Shown: positions 48,790 to 57,903 of the stretch, piece by piece
How the letters are laid out: each line of letters begins with the position of its first letter
How positions within the stretch are numbered: position 1 is the first letter of the stretch
NCBI GenBank assembly: GCA_963716145.1
Contig: OY970292.1
Span: 76,104 to 140,103 of the forward strand
Length of the DNA stretch: 64,000 nucleotides
Direction: 5' to 3'
From: Candidatus Levyibacteriota bacterium
GTDB lineage: Bacteria > Patescibacteriota > Microgenomatia > Levybacterales > UBA12049
The notes under the pieces: model-generated
Seen by the model: only the letters and a program-made list of their open reading frames with translations
The model's database searches: none
Told to the model about the DNA's origin: nothing
Program-made: the position numbers and the translations under genes

Positions 48790-50043
48790 ATGTGGCAAAA
48801 AACAAAAAATCAATATCATCTGGGGCAAGCGCTACTTGCAAATATTATTTACATGTTTCCATCCAGAAAACTTAAAATAATTGGAGTCACGGGAACAGAT
48901 GGAAAAACAACTACTGCAACCCTCATTCATCATATTTTAATAAACTCGGGACATAAAGCTTCTCTTATCACCACGGTCGGCGCCGTAATAAATGATAAAT
49001 TTTCGGATATTGGCTTTCATGTTACAACTCCCGGGCGGTTCGCGCTGCAGTCGTATCTGAAAAGATCAAAAAAACAAGGCTCTGAATATATTGTGCTTGA
49101 ACTGACTTCTCATGCGCTTGATCAATACCGTGCTTTTGGAATCCCAATTGAGGTTGGTGTTCTGACCAATGTCAGTAACGAGCATCTGGATTATCATAAA
49201 ACTTATGAAAAGTATGTGGCTGCGAAATTAAAATTGCTCAAAAAGGCAAAAATTGCAATTGTAAATAAGGACGATAAGTCGTATAAGTTTGCAAAAGTCT
49301 CTTTAAAAAATAAGAGAATAATAACTTATGGAATGAAAAAAGACGCTGATGTTAATCCGCACAATTTTCCATTCAAAACAAAATTAATTGGCAAGTTTAA
49401 TCTCTATAATTCTCTAGCTGCTATTTCAGTGCTTCAGCAAATGCACGTAGCTGAAGAAGATATAAAGAAGGGTATTTTAAGTTTTATGCTACCGGCAGGC
49501 AGACAGGAGATAATTTATGATAAAGAATTTACAGTAATTAATGATTTTGCTCATACGCCAAATTCTTTTTTAAGCGTTCTTCCTGAAATAAAGAAACTCA
49601 CCAAACGCAAGCTAATTCATGTTTTTGGAGCTGCGGGAAAAAGAGATAAATATAAAAGAGCGGAAATGGGTAAAATATCCTCGGACTATGCGGATGTTAT
49701 TATTCTCACAGCTGAAGATCCGAGAAACGAAATAATTGAGGAGATTAACAGGCAGATAATGTCGGGAATTACAGATGCCGAGTTTGGGATCGTAAATTAC
49801 GAAGCACTCAAAAATAGAGAAGTGTATCTGGACACAAAAAACAAATATGTTATCTCAATTCCTGACAGGAGAGACGCGATTAATTTTGCGATTGAAATTG
49901 TCCAAAAGGGTGATTTAGTTTTACTAACCGGCAAGGGTCATGAAAAATCTATAGACTATGGAAAAGGGGAGGAGCCATGGAATGAGAAGGAAACGGCATG
50001 GCAAGCAATTGAAAGGAATAAAGAATCAAGAATCAAGAATTAA
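48790..50043 (+). CDS. murE: UDP-MurNAc-tripeptide synthetase (MurE) lacking the usual N-terminal domain
   Basis: GVTGTDGKTT, ELTSH, EHLDYH, DFAHTP, GKRD..KR, EDPR.E, GKGHE. Start at ATG 48790. Confidence 0.9.
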   Translation: MWQKTKNQYHLGQALLANIIYMFPSRKLKIIGVTGTDGKTTTATLIHHILINSGHKASLITTVGAVINDKFSDIGFHVTTPGRFALQSYLKRSKKQGSEYIVLELTSHALDQYRAFGIPIEVGVLTNVSNEHLDYHKTYEKYVAAKLKLLKKAKIAIVNKDDKSYKFAKVSLKNKRIITYGMKKDADVNPHNFPFKTKLIGKFNLYNSLAAISVLQQMHVAEEDIKKGILSFMLPAGRQEIIYDKEFTVINDFAHTPNSFLSVLPEIKKLTKRKLIHVFGAAGKRDKYKRAEMGKISSDYADVIILTAEDPRNEIIEEINRQIMSGITDAEFGIVNYEALKNREVYLDTKNKYVISIPDRRDAINFAIEIVQKGDLVLLTGKGHEKSIDYGKGEEPWNEKETAWQAIERNKESRIKN

Positions 50044-50045
50044 GG
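50015..50045 (+). repeat. AGAATYA-type 4-unit array providing the murE stop codon
   Basis: GGAATAA AGAATCA AGAATCA AGAATTA AGG. Confidence 0.9.
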
Positions 50046-50049
50046 AAAC

Positions 50050-50697
50050 ATGAAAATTTATAAATTTAGTAAATTTAAATCAAATAATAAAATAGCTAGT
50101 GGTATTTCGACTAAAGATTTTGGATCAATGAAAAATGAAGATAATTCAATAAACGGGAAAAATCTGGAAATATTTTTGAAATCTTTAGGCTCGGGTGAGA
50201 ATGTAGTCCGCATGAGGCAAATACATAGTGGAAATGTTGAGGTGGTAACAAACAATGTAAAATCTCCAATTGAAAACACAGATGGTTTGATAACGGATAA
50301 AAAAAATGTTTCACTCTGTGTTCTAACTGCTGACTGCCTGCCGATTGTGTTTTATGATATCCAAAAACAAGTCATAGGAATTGCTCATGGAGGAAGAAAA
50401 GGACTACAATCTGGGATCATAGAAAACATTGTAGAAAAATTTAAAAATGATTTTAAAAGCGATTCAGCTGATATTATTGCTGGAGTAGGTCCGGGGATTG
50501 AGAAAAAATGCTACGAAGTTGATGGAGAACTTATAGATATTAGAAAATGGGCCAATGATTTATTACTTAAGGAGGGAATTAAGAGGGAGAATATAGAGAA
50601 TTTAGAAATATGTACAAAATGCGATTCGGAAGAGTTCTATTCCTATCGAGGAGGAGATAGCTATAATCGGTTTGCTACAGTTATAAGTTTGGTATGA
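50050..50697 (+). CDS. pgeF: YfiH/PgeF family (laccase-like) peptidoglycan editing factor
   Basis: Q.HS, DGLIT, TADCLPI, AHGG..G, GPGI..CYEV, CT.C..FYSYR. Confidence 0.88.
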   Translation: MKIYKFSKFKSNNKIASGISTKDFGSMKNEDNSINGKNLEIFLKSLGSGENVVRMRQIHSGNVEVVTNNVKSPIENTDGLITDKKNVSLCVLTADCLPIVFYDIQKQVIGIAHGGRKGLQSGIIENIVEKFKNDFKSDSADIIAGVGPGIEKKCYEVDGELIDIRKWANDLLLKEGIKRENIENLEICTKCDSEEFYSYRGGDSYNRFATVISLV

Positions 50698-52109
50698 AAA
50701 AATTAAATGTTCATTTTGTCGGAATAAAAGGTGTCGGTATGACTCCTCTTGCGATTATTGCCAAAGAAGCAGGATTCTATGTAACAGGGTCTGATATAGG
50801 GGCTGAGTTTATTACAGATGAGGCTTTAAAAAAAGCGGGAATTAATCCTGTTGTGGGATTTTCAAAAGAAAATATTCAAAATCCAGATTTAGTAATTATA
50901 ACGGGAGCTCATGGAGGATATGATAATGTCGAAGCAAAAGAAGCACTGGAAAAAAAAATAAAAGTTATTACACAAGGCGAAGCGGTCGGTCTATTTATGA
51001 ATGGGGATATTTTTGGAAAACAATTTATTGGAGTATCTGTTGCGGGAACTCATGGAAAAACAACCACAACTGCAATGATTGCGACTATTTTTAAGGAAAA
51101 CCAGCTAGACCCTTCTTTTGTAATAGGAACAGGTGACGTTGGGTCTCTAGAGGCTCCTGGACATTTGGGAACAGGTAAATATTTCATAGCAGAAGCTGAT
51201 GAATACGCGACTGAGCCGAAATATAACAAAAAACCAAAATTGCTTTGGCAGTTTCCAAAAATTGCAATAATTACCAACATAGAATTTGATCATCCTGATA
51301 TATTTGAATCGATTGAGGAAGTAAGGAATACCTTTTTAACTTTTTATAATCAGCTGGCAAAGGATTCTGTATTGGTGGCTTGCGGGGACGATCCTGAAAT
51401 TAAAAGCCTGCTGAGTGAATATGCCGGAGCAAAGATTACATATGGATTTAATCACAGCAGTGATTATGTTCTTGAAAACGTGCGTATTAATGGTGAGCAT
51501 ATGTTTTTTAGAGTCAGCTCAAAAGACATGATTCTTTCGGACTTTATGCTCAAAGTGGTTGGGGAGCATAATGCATTAAACGCTTTGGCAGCAATAGTTG
51601 TGTCATTGGAAGCAGGCTTATCTATAGAGAAAATAAAGCAGGGACTACTTACTTTTACCGGTTCAAAAAGAAGACTTGAATTTATCGGAGATCTCATAAG
51701 TGGTGCAAAAACATATGATGATTATGCTCATCATCCGACAGAAATAAAAAAAACTCTTCAAGCTCTAAGATCACAGTATCCGAAAAAGAAAATCATTGCT
51801 ATTTTCCAGCCTCATACTTATTCCAGAACAAAAAAGTTATTCGATGAATTTATTAAATCATTTAATGCAGTTGATACTGTGGTATTAACAGAAATCTATC
51901 CTTCACTTCGGGAATTGCCAGACTTAAGTGTTTCATCAGAGCTTTTGTCAGAGAGAATGAAAAACCAGCATAAAGATGTGATTTACCAGAAGACAATTGC
52001 GGATGTGGTAAAATACATCAACGAAAAAAGGCTGCGCTCAGATGTCGTGTTAGTCACGATGGGAGCGGGAGATGTGTATAAAATTCATTCAGAATTAAAA
52101 TTTGTGTAA
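50694..52109 (+). CDS. murC: UDP-N-acetylmuramate--L-alanine ligase
   Basis: HFVGIKGVGM, GTHGKTTTT, EADEY, DHPD, DDYAHHPTE, FQPHTYSRT. Confidence 0.95.
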   Translation: MKKLNVHFVGIKGVGMTPLAIIAKEAGFYVTGSDIGAEFITDEALKKAGINPVVGFSKENIQNPDLVIITGAHGGYDNVEAKEALEKKIKVITQGEAVGLFMNGDIFGKQFIGVSVAGTHGKTTTTAMIATIFKENQLDPSFVIGTGDVGSLEAPGHLGTGKYFIAEADEYATEPKYNKKPKLLWQFPKIAIITNIEFDHPDIFESIEEVRNTFLTFYNQLAKDSVLVACGDDPEIKSLLSEYAGAKITYGFNHSSDYVLENVRINGEHMFFRVSSKDMILSDFMLKVVGEHNALNALAAIVVSLEAGLSIEKIKQGLLTFTGSKRRLEFIGDLISGAKTYDDYAHHPTEIKKTLQALRSQYPKKKIIAIFQPHTYSRTKKLFDEFIKSFNAVDTVVLTEIYPSLRELPDLSVSSELLSERMKNQHKDVIYQKTIADVVKYINEKRLRSDVVLVTMGAGDVYKIHSELKFV

Positions 52110-52111
52110 AT

Positions 52112-53440
52112 ATGGATAAATTTGTAATAAAAGGGGGGAAAAAATTGGAAGGGCAGGTTACTGTATCGGGTGCAAAAAACGCTGCGTTAAAAGCATTGGT
52201 TGCTGCTTGCTTGACTGATGAAAAAGTAAAAATCCATAATGTTCCCTTGATCTCCGATTTTTTCGTAATGATAGACATAATGAAAGAGCTGGGAGCAAAG
52301 GTAAAGCTTGAGGGGCATACGGTTACGGTAGAAATGAAGAAGTTTTCCGATTTTTCGATTCCACTTGATAAAGCAGTGCTCGCCCGAACTTCATCTATGT
52401 TTATTGCCCCTCTTTTGATACGTCTTCATGAGGCGATTATTCCAAATCCCGGTGGGTGCAGACTGGGAGCAAGACCAATTGATAGAACAATCGATGGAAT
52501 AAAAAAAATGAACGCCAGTATTACATACAACAGTGAGGATGGATATTTTCATGCAAAGACAAAAGGTTTAAAAGCAGTCACATACAATTTCCCCAAAAGT
52601 ACCCACACGGGAACAGAAACTATGATATTGGCAGCCGTATTGGCAGATGGTACAACGGTTTTGAATAATGCTGCTGAAGAACCGGAAATTGACAATATTA
52701 TTGAACTCCTCAACGCGATGGGCGCGCGAGTTTTGCGTACAGCAAAGCGGCAAATCACCATAATCGGAGTTGATAAGCTTCATGGCACTGAGTTCACAAT
52801 AAGTCCCGACAGAATTGAAGTTGCAACTTTTGCGATAGCAGCAATTATAACTGGTGGTGAAATTTTTGTAAAAGACGCGCAGAACGCAAATATTTCTGCA
52901 TTTTTAGAAAAATTAAAAGAAACCGGTGCAGGATACGAAATAAAAGAAAACGGAATTAGATTTTACGCGAGCAAGACTCTTAATGCAGTAGATGTTACAA
53001 CGGGAATTCACCCCGGATTTTTGACTGATTGGCAAGCACCGTGGGGAGTTCTGATGACACAGGCAAAAGGAGAATCCATAATTCATGAGACGGTTTTTGA
53101 AAATAAACTCGGTTATGTTGATGATCTTGAAAGAATGGGAGCTACGGTCAAGCTTTTTAATCCTGCTGTAAAAAATCCTGAGAAAGTTTATAATTTTAAT
53201 CTGGAAGATGATGAGCCCGATAATTTCCATGCGGTTAAAATTACTGGCCCTACAAAGCTTCACAACGCGGTCATGACAACGCTTGATATAAGAGCCGGAG
53301 CTGCAGTTGTCTTAGCTGCTCTGGTCGCAAAAGGAACATCAACTATTTTTGGGATCGAGAAACTAGACCGCGGTTATGAAGATTTTGAAAAAAGGCTAAA
53401 TGCACTTGGCGCGAATATTAAAAGAATATCCGGGGAATAA
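52112..53440 (+). CDS. murA: UDP-GlcNAc 1-carboxyvinyltransferase
   Basis: GAKNAAL, PGGCRLGARP (active-site Cys), PDRIE, PGF.TD.Q, DRGYE. Confidence 0.95.
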   Translation: MDKFVIKGGKKLEGQVTVSGAKNAALKALVAACLTDEKVKIHNVPLISDFFVMIDIMKELGAKVKLEGHTVTVEMKKFSDFSIPLDKAVLARTSSMFIAPLLIRLHEAIIPNPGGCRLGARPIDRTIDGIKKMNASITYNSEDGYFHAKTKGLKAVTYNFPKSTHTGTETMILAAVLADGTTVLNNAAEEPEIDNIIELLNAMGARVLRTAKRQITIIGVDKLHGTEFTISPDRIEVATFAIAAIITGGEIFVKDAQNANISAFLEKLKETGAGYEIKENGIRFYASKTLNAVDVTTGIHPGFLTDWQAPWGVLMTQAKGESIIHETVFENKLGYVDDLERMGATVKLFNPAVKNPEKVYNFNLEDDEPDNFHAVKITGPTKLHNAVMTTLDIRAGAAVVLAALVAKGTSTIFGIEKLDRGYEDFEKRLNALGANIKRISGE

Positions 53441-53442
53441 TT

Positions 53443-54195
53443 ATGCAGCAGAACAGTCATCTTGGAGCGATTATTTTAGCAGCAGGCCGGGGGAGTCGCA
53501 TGAACTCCGCTAAAACCAATAAGGTTGCTATGGTATTGGCTGATAAGCCTTTAATTCAACACAGCGTAAATCTTCTTGAAGAAATGAAGATTCAGCAAAT
53601 TATTGTGGTTGTGGGTTTTGCCAAGGATTCGGTTAAGAACGTTTTAAAAAACTCCTCAGTTGTGTTCGCGGAGCAAAAAAAGCAATTGGGTACCGCCGAT
53701 GCGCTTGGGTCTGCTCTAGCCAAACTTAATTCCTACATAACAGATATTTTGGTTATTCAAGGGGATGACTCTCATTTTTATACACAAGAAGTAATTTCCA
53801 AATTGATTGATTTGCATCGTTCTAAAAAAACGAGTATAACCTTTTTGACAATTGAATCAACAAACCAATTTGGCTTGGGGCGAATCGTTAGGGATAAAAA
53901 AGGAAAAGTTACTGCGATAGTTGAAGAAAAAGACGCATCCGAAGCAGTACGGAAAATAAAAGAAGTAAATCCCGCATGTTATATATTTAAAGTCAGTTTT
54001 CTTAAAAAATATTTGTCAAAAATTGAAAAAAGCAAGATTTCCGGTGAATATTATTTAACTAGTCTTATTGATATTGCCATAAAAAATAAAGAGGAAATGT
54101 ATACTTTTAATGCGGGTAAAATGCTTTGGAGAGGTATAAATACAAAAGAAGAATTACAAGAAGCCGAGAAGCTGCACCTCAAGTTAGTTGAATAA
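53443..54195 (+). CDS. GlmU-like nucleotidyltransferase, N-terminal domain only
   Basis: ILAAGRGSRM, QLGTADA, GRIVRD, IVEEKDA, EYYLT; no LbH domain. Confidence 0.85.
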   Translation: MQQNSHLGAIILAAGRGSRMNSAKTNKVAMVLADKPLIQHSVNLLEEMKIQQIIVVVGFAKDSVKNVLKNSSVVFAEQKKQLGTADALGSALAKLNSYITDILVIQGDDSHFYTQEVISKLIDLHRSKKTSITFLTIESTNQFGLGRIVRDKKGKVTAIVEEKDASEAVRKIKEVNPACYIFKVSFLKKYLSKIEKSKISGEYYLTSLIDIAIKNKEEMYTFNAGKMLWRGINTKEELQEAEKLHLKLVE

Positions 54196-54206
54196 GTATT
54201 CATTCG

Positions 54207-54215
54207 TGCTATAAT
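54207..54215 (+). promoter_or_regulatory. Extended -10 (TGcTATAAT), 8 nt before mraY ATG
   Basis: Direct motif match. Confidence 0.6.
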
Positions 54216-54223
54216 AAGTTTTC

Positions 54224-55228
54224 ATGGAGCGTTTATTGGGACTTATTATTTCATCATTTTTTGTAACGGCCATCCTCTTGGTACCTTTTATTGATTTCCT
54301 TTATAGAGTTAAATTGCGCCGGGTTCACCAGGCAACACGGGATATGTTCAACAAAAGGACACCGCTGTTTGATAAATTTAATTCCTGGAAAGTTGGTACT
54401 CCGTTTGGCGGAGGCCTTCTCATAGTTCTTGTTGTGACAGTTTGCACCTTTTGGGCCTATGGAATTTTTAGCACCAAATTTTTGCCATGGGAAATATTTG
54501 TTTTGTTTTTTGGATTTATAAGCTTTGGTCTACTTGGTTTTCTCGATGATTTTAAAAAATTAGTTGGGGGTAAGCAGAATTTATTTGGACTGCGTTTCAG
54601 ACACAAATTTATTATTCAGTGGATTTTGGCGCTGATTATCGCTTTTGTTTTTTATGCGCAGCTTCATTATGATTTTGTGTATATTCACGGTTTTGGCAAA
54701 TTATTTTTGGGAGTTTTTTTTGTTCCTTTTGCCGCTTTTGTAATAGTGTCATTTGTTAACGCATTTAATATAACAGATGGATTGGATGGGCTGGCATCAG
54801 GATTACTTCTTATTTGTTTGGTCGCTTTTTTGGTGATCAATTCGGCAAGTCTTGATGAGTCTCTGGGAATTTTTCTTTCTGTGCTTATTGGGAGTATTAC
54901 TGCCTTTTTGTATTTTAATATTTATAAAGCCAGATTGTGGCTTGGTGATGTAGGGTCTCTCTCTCTGGGAGCGGTACTTGCGATTACAGGACTTTTAACA
55001 GGAAGAGTTTTGGCCCTTATGATAATTGGAGGGATTTTTGTTGCGGAAGTCTCCTTTTCTCTTATTCAGCTTTTGGGAAAGAAGTTTCTCGGGCGAAAGG
55101 TTCTTTCTGCTGCGCCAATGCATCTATTTCTCCAAAATAGAGGATGGGAAGAACCAAAAATTGTTATGAGGCTATGGTTAATCGGATTCATTCTTGCTAT
55201 TTTGGGTATTTTTATTTCCTTCATTTAA
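54224..55228 (+). CDS. mraY: Phospho-MurNAc-pentapeptide transferase
   Basis: K.GTP.GGG, LDD, NITDGLDGL, GD.GS, GW.E.K.V.R.W; dcw context. Confidence 0.88.
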   Translation: MERLLGLIISSFFVTAILLVPFIDFLYRVKLRRVHQATRDMFNKRTPLFDKFNSWKVGTPFGGGLLIVLVVTVCTFWAYGIFSTKFLPWEIFVLFFGFISFGLLGFLDDFKKLVGGKQNLFGLRFRHKFIIQWILALIIAFVFYAQLHYDFVYIHGFGKLFLGVFFVPFAAFVIVSFVNAFNITDGLDGLASGLLLICLVAFLVINSASLDESLGIFLSVLIGSITAFLYFNIYKARLWLGDVGSLSLGAVLAITGLLTGRVLALMIIGGIFVAEVSFSLIQLLGKKFLGRKVLSAAPMHLFLQNRGWEEPKIVMRLWLIGFILAILGIFISFI

Positions 55229-55232
55229 GTTC

Positions 55233-56321
55233 ATGAAAAGACTTGATCTGCCGCTTCTTGTAATCATAGTTGTTTTAACTCTATTCGGGCTTCTTATGGT
55301 GTATGATGCTTCTTCTATTATCGCGTTTGAAGTTTTTGGCGATAAATATCACTACATCAAAGACCAGCTTGTCTGGGTGCTTCTGGGTTTTACCGCGCTT
55401 TTCATTTTTTATCACTTTGATTACCGGAAATTATATAATCTTGCGCTGCCGCTGCTTCTTGTTGCTTTGACGCTTTTAATTTTGGTATTTATGCCGTCAA
55501 TCGGGTCCTCGGCAAAAGGCGCAGCCCGCTGGATAAATATATTTTCCTTTCGGCTTCAGCCTGCTGAATTTGTAAAGCTTGCCTTGGCAATTTATTTGAG
55601 CGCATGGTTTTCTCATAAAGAAAAAGGTAGATTTCTGGCTTTTTCGCTTTTACTTGGTGCAGTGATGCTTCTCATAATGCTTCAGCCGGATTTGGAAGCC
55701 GCATCAATTATATTGGCAGAGGCGGTTATAATGTATTTTCTTTCAGGCGGAAGTGTATTTTATTTTATAGTGGGCAGTCCGGTTGTCGCGTTAGTAGGGT
55801 TTCTTCTGATAAAACTAGAGCCGTATAGAGCAGCTCGCCTAACGAGTTTTTTAACCCTTAGTCAAGGTGGGGATTTGGGGAAAGCCCTCGCGGGACCGCA
55901 GCTATATCACATAAAGCAAGCCCTAATTGCGATTGGATCTGGGGGGTTATTTGGTCTTGGAATCGGTAATTCTATTCAGAAATACGCATATCTTCCTGAG
56001 AATGTGACTGATTCAATTTTTCCGATTATTGCGGAGGAGTTTGGTTTTATCGGGTCGACGATTTTGATAATGTTATTTGCGGCCTTGGTTTGGCGCGGAT
56101 TCTCAGTAGCCGGAAGAGCTCGGGATAAATTTGGTAAGCTTCTGGCAGGCGGGATAATTTCTTTTGTGGGAATACAAATAATCATTAATCTCGGTGCCAT
56201 GACTGCACTTTTCCCGCTTACTGGCGTTCCTCTTCCCTTTATTTCTTTTGGGGGCTCGGCTTTGGTTGTAGACCTCGCGGCAATGGGAATACTCTTAAAT
56301 ATCTCCAAACAAGCTGACTAA
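55233..56321 (+). CDS. ftsW: SEDS peptidoglycan polymerase FtsW
   Basis: GAARWI, QPAEF.K, QPD, YLPE..TD.IF..IAEEFG, P.TGVPLPFISFGGS; precedes murG. Confidence 0.92.
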   Translation: MKRLDLPLLVIIVVLTLFGLLMVYDASSIIAFEVFGDKYHYIKDQLVWVLLGFTALFIFYHFDYRKLYNLALPLLLVALTLLILVFMPSIGSSAKGAARWINIFSFRLQPAEFVKLALAIYLSAWFSHKEKGRFLAFSLLLGAVMLLIMLQPDLEAASIILAEAVIMYFLSGGSVFYFIVGSPVVALVGFLLIKLEPYRAARLTSFLTLSQGGDLGKALAGPQLYHIKQALIAIGSGGLFGLGIGNSIQKYAYLPENVTDSIFPIIAEEFGFIGSTILIMLFAALVWRGFSVAGRARDKFGKLLAGGIISFVGIQIIINLGAMTALFPLTGVPLPFISFGGSALVVDLAAMGILLNISKQAD

Positions 56322-56331
56322 TCCTCAGGTT

Positions 56332-56340
56332 TGATATACT
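56332..56340 (+). promoter_or_regulatory. Extended -10 (TGaTATACT), 6 nt before murG ATG
   Basis: Direct motif match. Confidence 0.65.
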
Positions 56341-56346
56341 ATAGCT

Positions 56347-57492
56347 ATGAAGCTTTTGATTGTTGCGGGAGGCGGGGGACATTTTGCACCGGCCTTGGCG
56401 GTTATTGAAAAACTCCCAAAAGATGTTGAGGTTTTGGTGGTTGGGCGAAAGTATGTGTTTGAAGGCGATCGATCGCTTTCTCTTGAATACCAAACAGCAA
56501 CAAAGCTCAATATTCCCTTCCAGTCACTTACAACAGGCAGATTGCAGCGGAAATTCACCCGCTATACAATTAATTCCCTTTTAAAAATCCCTATTGGTCT
56601 TTCTCAAGCAACAAATATTCTTGCCAAGTTTAAGCCGGATGTTGTTCTGTCATTTGGTGGGTATGTCTCAGTTCCTATCACTCTGGCCGCATCGATTCTT
56701 CGTATTCCGCTGGTTATTCATGAGCAGACCCTGGAAGCAGGAGTATCAAATAAATTGGTTTCGAAATTCGCGAAAAAGATTTGTATTTCATGGGAAGATT
56801 CAAAAAAGTTTTTTCCGCAGAAAAAAACCGTGCTGACCGGCAATCCTTTGAGAAAGGAATTTGAAATGGGTGACTTGAGAACAGATGAATTTAAAAAATC
56901 TCCATCCCCTGCTATTCGGGTTGAACCAACTATTTATGTTACCGGTGGAAGTTCCGGTTCCCACGCGATAAATGTTTTGATTGAGGGCTGTGTTGAAAAG
57001 CTCTTACAAAAGTACAATGTAATTCACCAAGTAGGGGAGGCAAGTAAATACAAAGACTTCGAAAGGCTTTCTGAATTAAGGGACAGTTTGTCACAAGAGC
57101 TAAAATCCGGATATACTTTGGTGAAATTTATTGAGCCTTCAAAAGTTGCTGATTTTTTAAACGCTTCAGACCTGGTGATTGCTCGGGCTGGAATGAATAC
57201 GGTAACTGAGCTTATCTATTTTGCAAAACCCAGTATTTTGATTCCACTCCCCTACGGACAGCATCAGGAGCAGCTAAAAAACGCTATTTTTATGAAAAAA
57301 CTTGGCTTGGCCCAAATCGCAGAGCAAAATGAGCTTACCCCGGAAAAGCTATCTATATTAATTGATCAGATGTTTGATAACATTGAGAAGTACACAGAAC
57401 ACGCAATTGACGGCAAAAAATTAATAGATAAGAAAGCAGCCGAAAAAATAATTGAGGTAGTAAAAGATGCGGCAGACACAAAGAAAAATTAA
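56347..57492 (+). CDS. murG: Lipid II GlcNAc transferase
   Basis: GGGGGH..PA, FGGYVS, HEQ, TGNPLR, TGGSSG, RAG..T..E, Q..NA. Confidence 0.95.
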   Translation: MKLLIVAGGGGHFAPALAVIEKLPKDVEVLVVGRKYVFEGDRSLSLEYQTATKLNIPFQSLTTGRLQRKFTRYTINSLLKIPIGLSQATNILAKFKPDVVLSFGGYVSVPITLAASILRIPLVIHEQTLEAGVSNKLVSKFAKKICISWEDSKKFFPQKKTVLTGNPLRKEFEMGDLRTDEFKKSPSPAIRVEPTIYVTGGSSGSHAINVLIEGCVEKLLQKYNVIHQVGEASKYKDFERLSELRDSLSQELKSGYTLVKFIEPSKVADFLNASDLVIARAGMNTVTELIYFAKPSILIPLPYGQHQEQLKNAIFMKKLGLAQIAEQNELTPEKLSILIDQMFDNIEKYTEHAIDGKKLIDKKAAEKIIEVVKDAADTKKN

Positions 57493-57901
57493 AAGAAATA
57501 AAAAAAAGAAAATACTTAACATTTTCTTGATAACTATTGCTTTAGCGTTATTAGTGGGAGCTTTCGTTTTTGTTTACATTGCGACAGCGAATAGGCCCTT
57601 ATTCATCAGTCCCCTTCCTCCAAACTACAAGATTAACGCAAGTAATGATAAAGGCACCAATACGGACCTTCTTAAAAATAGCTTAAAAGAAAAAAATATA
57701 GAATTTAGCGAAGTTGTGACCAGCAGTAATTATTATACGATCCGTTTGAAGGATAAATCGGAAATAATCTTTTCAAGGGAAAAAGATATAAAAGCACAAA
57801 TAGCCTCTTTACAATTTATACTCGCAAGGCTTACAATGGAAGGTAAGCTGTTCACGCAGCTTGATTTGCGTTATGACAAACCGGTTATCAGACTTAAATA
57901 A
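57467..57901 (+). CDS. Minimal FtsQ/DivIB-like protein
   Basis: Basic N-terminus, TM, C-terminal DLRYDKPV motif; position between murG and ftsA. Confidence 0.6.
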   Translation: MRQTQRKIKRNKKKKILNIFLITIALALLVGAFVFVYIATANRPLFISPLPPNYKINASNDKGTNTDLLKNSLKEKNIEFSEVVTSSNYYTIRLKDKSEIIFSREKDIKAQIASLQFILARLTMEGKLFTQLDLRYDKPVIRLK

Positions 57902-57903
57902 TT

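Noticed and set aside
49489-49507. CTACCGGCAGGCAG in murE as a palindromic insertion
   Set aside because: It encodes the conserved P.GR motif of Mur ligases with no evident length insertion.
12891-50045. Repeat arrays as CRISPR or DGR template/variable repeats
   Set aside because: No spacers, no cas or reverse transcriptase gene in the window, and no long repeat pair with adenine-specific mismatches was seen.
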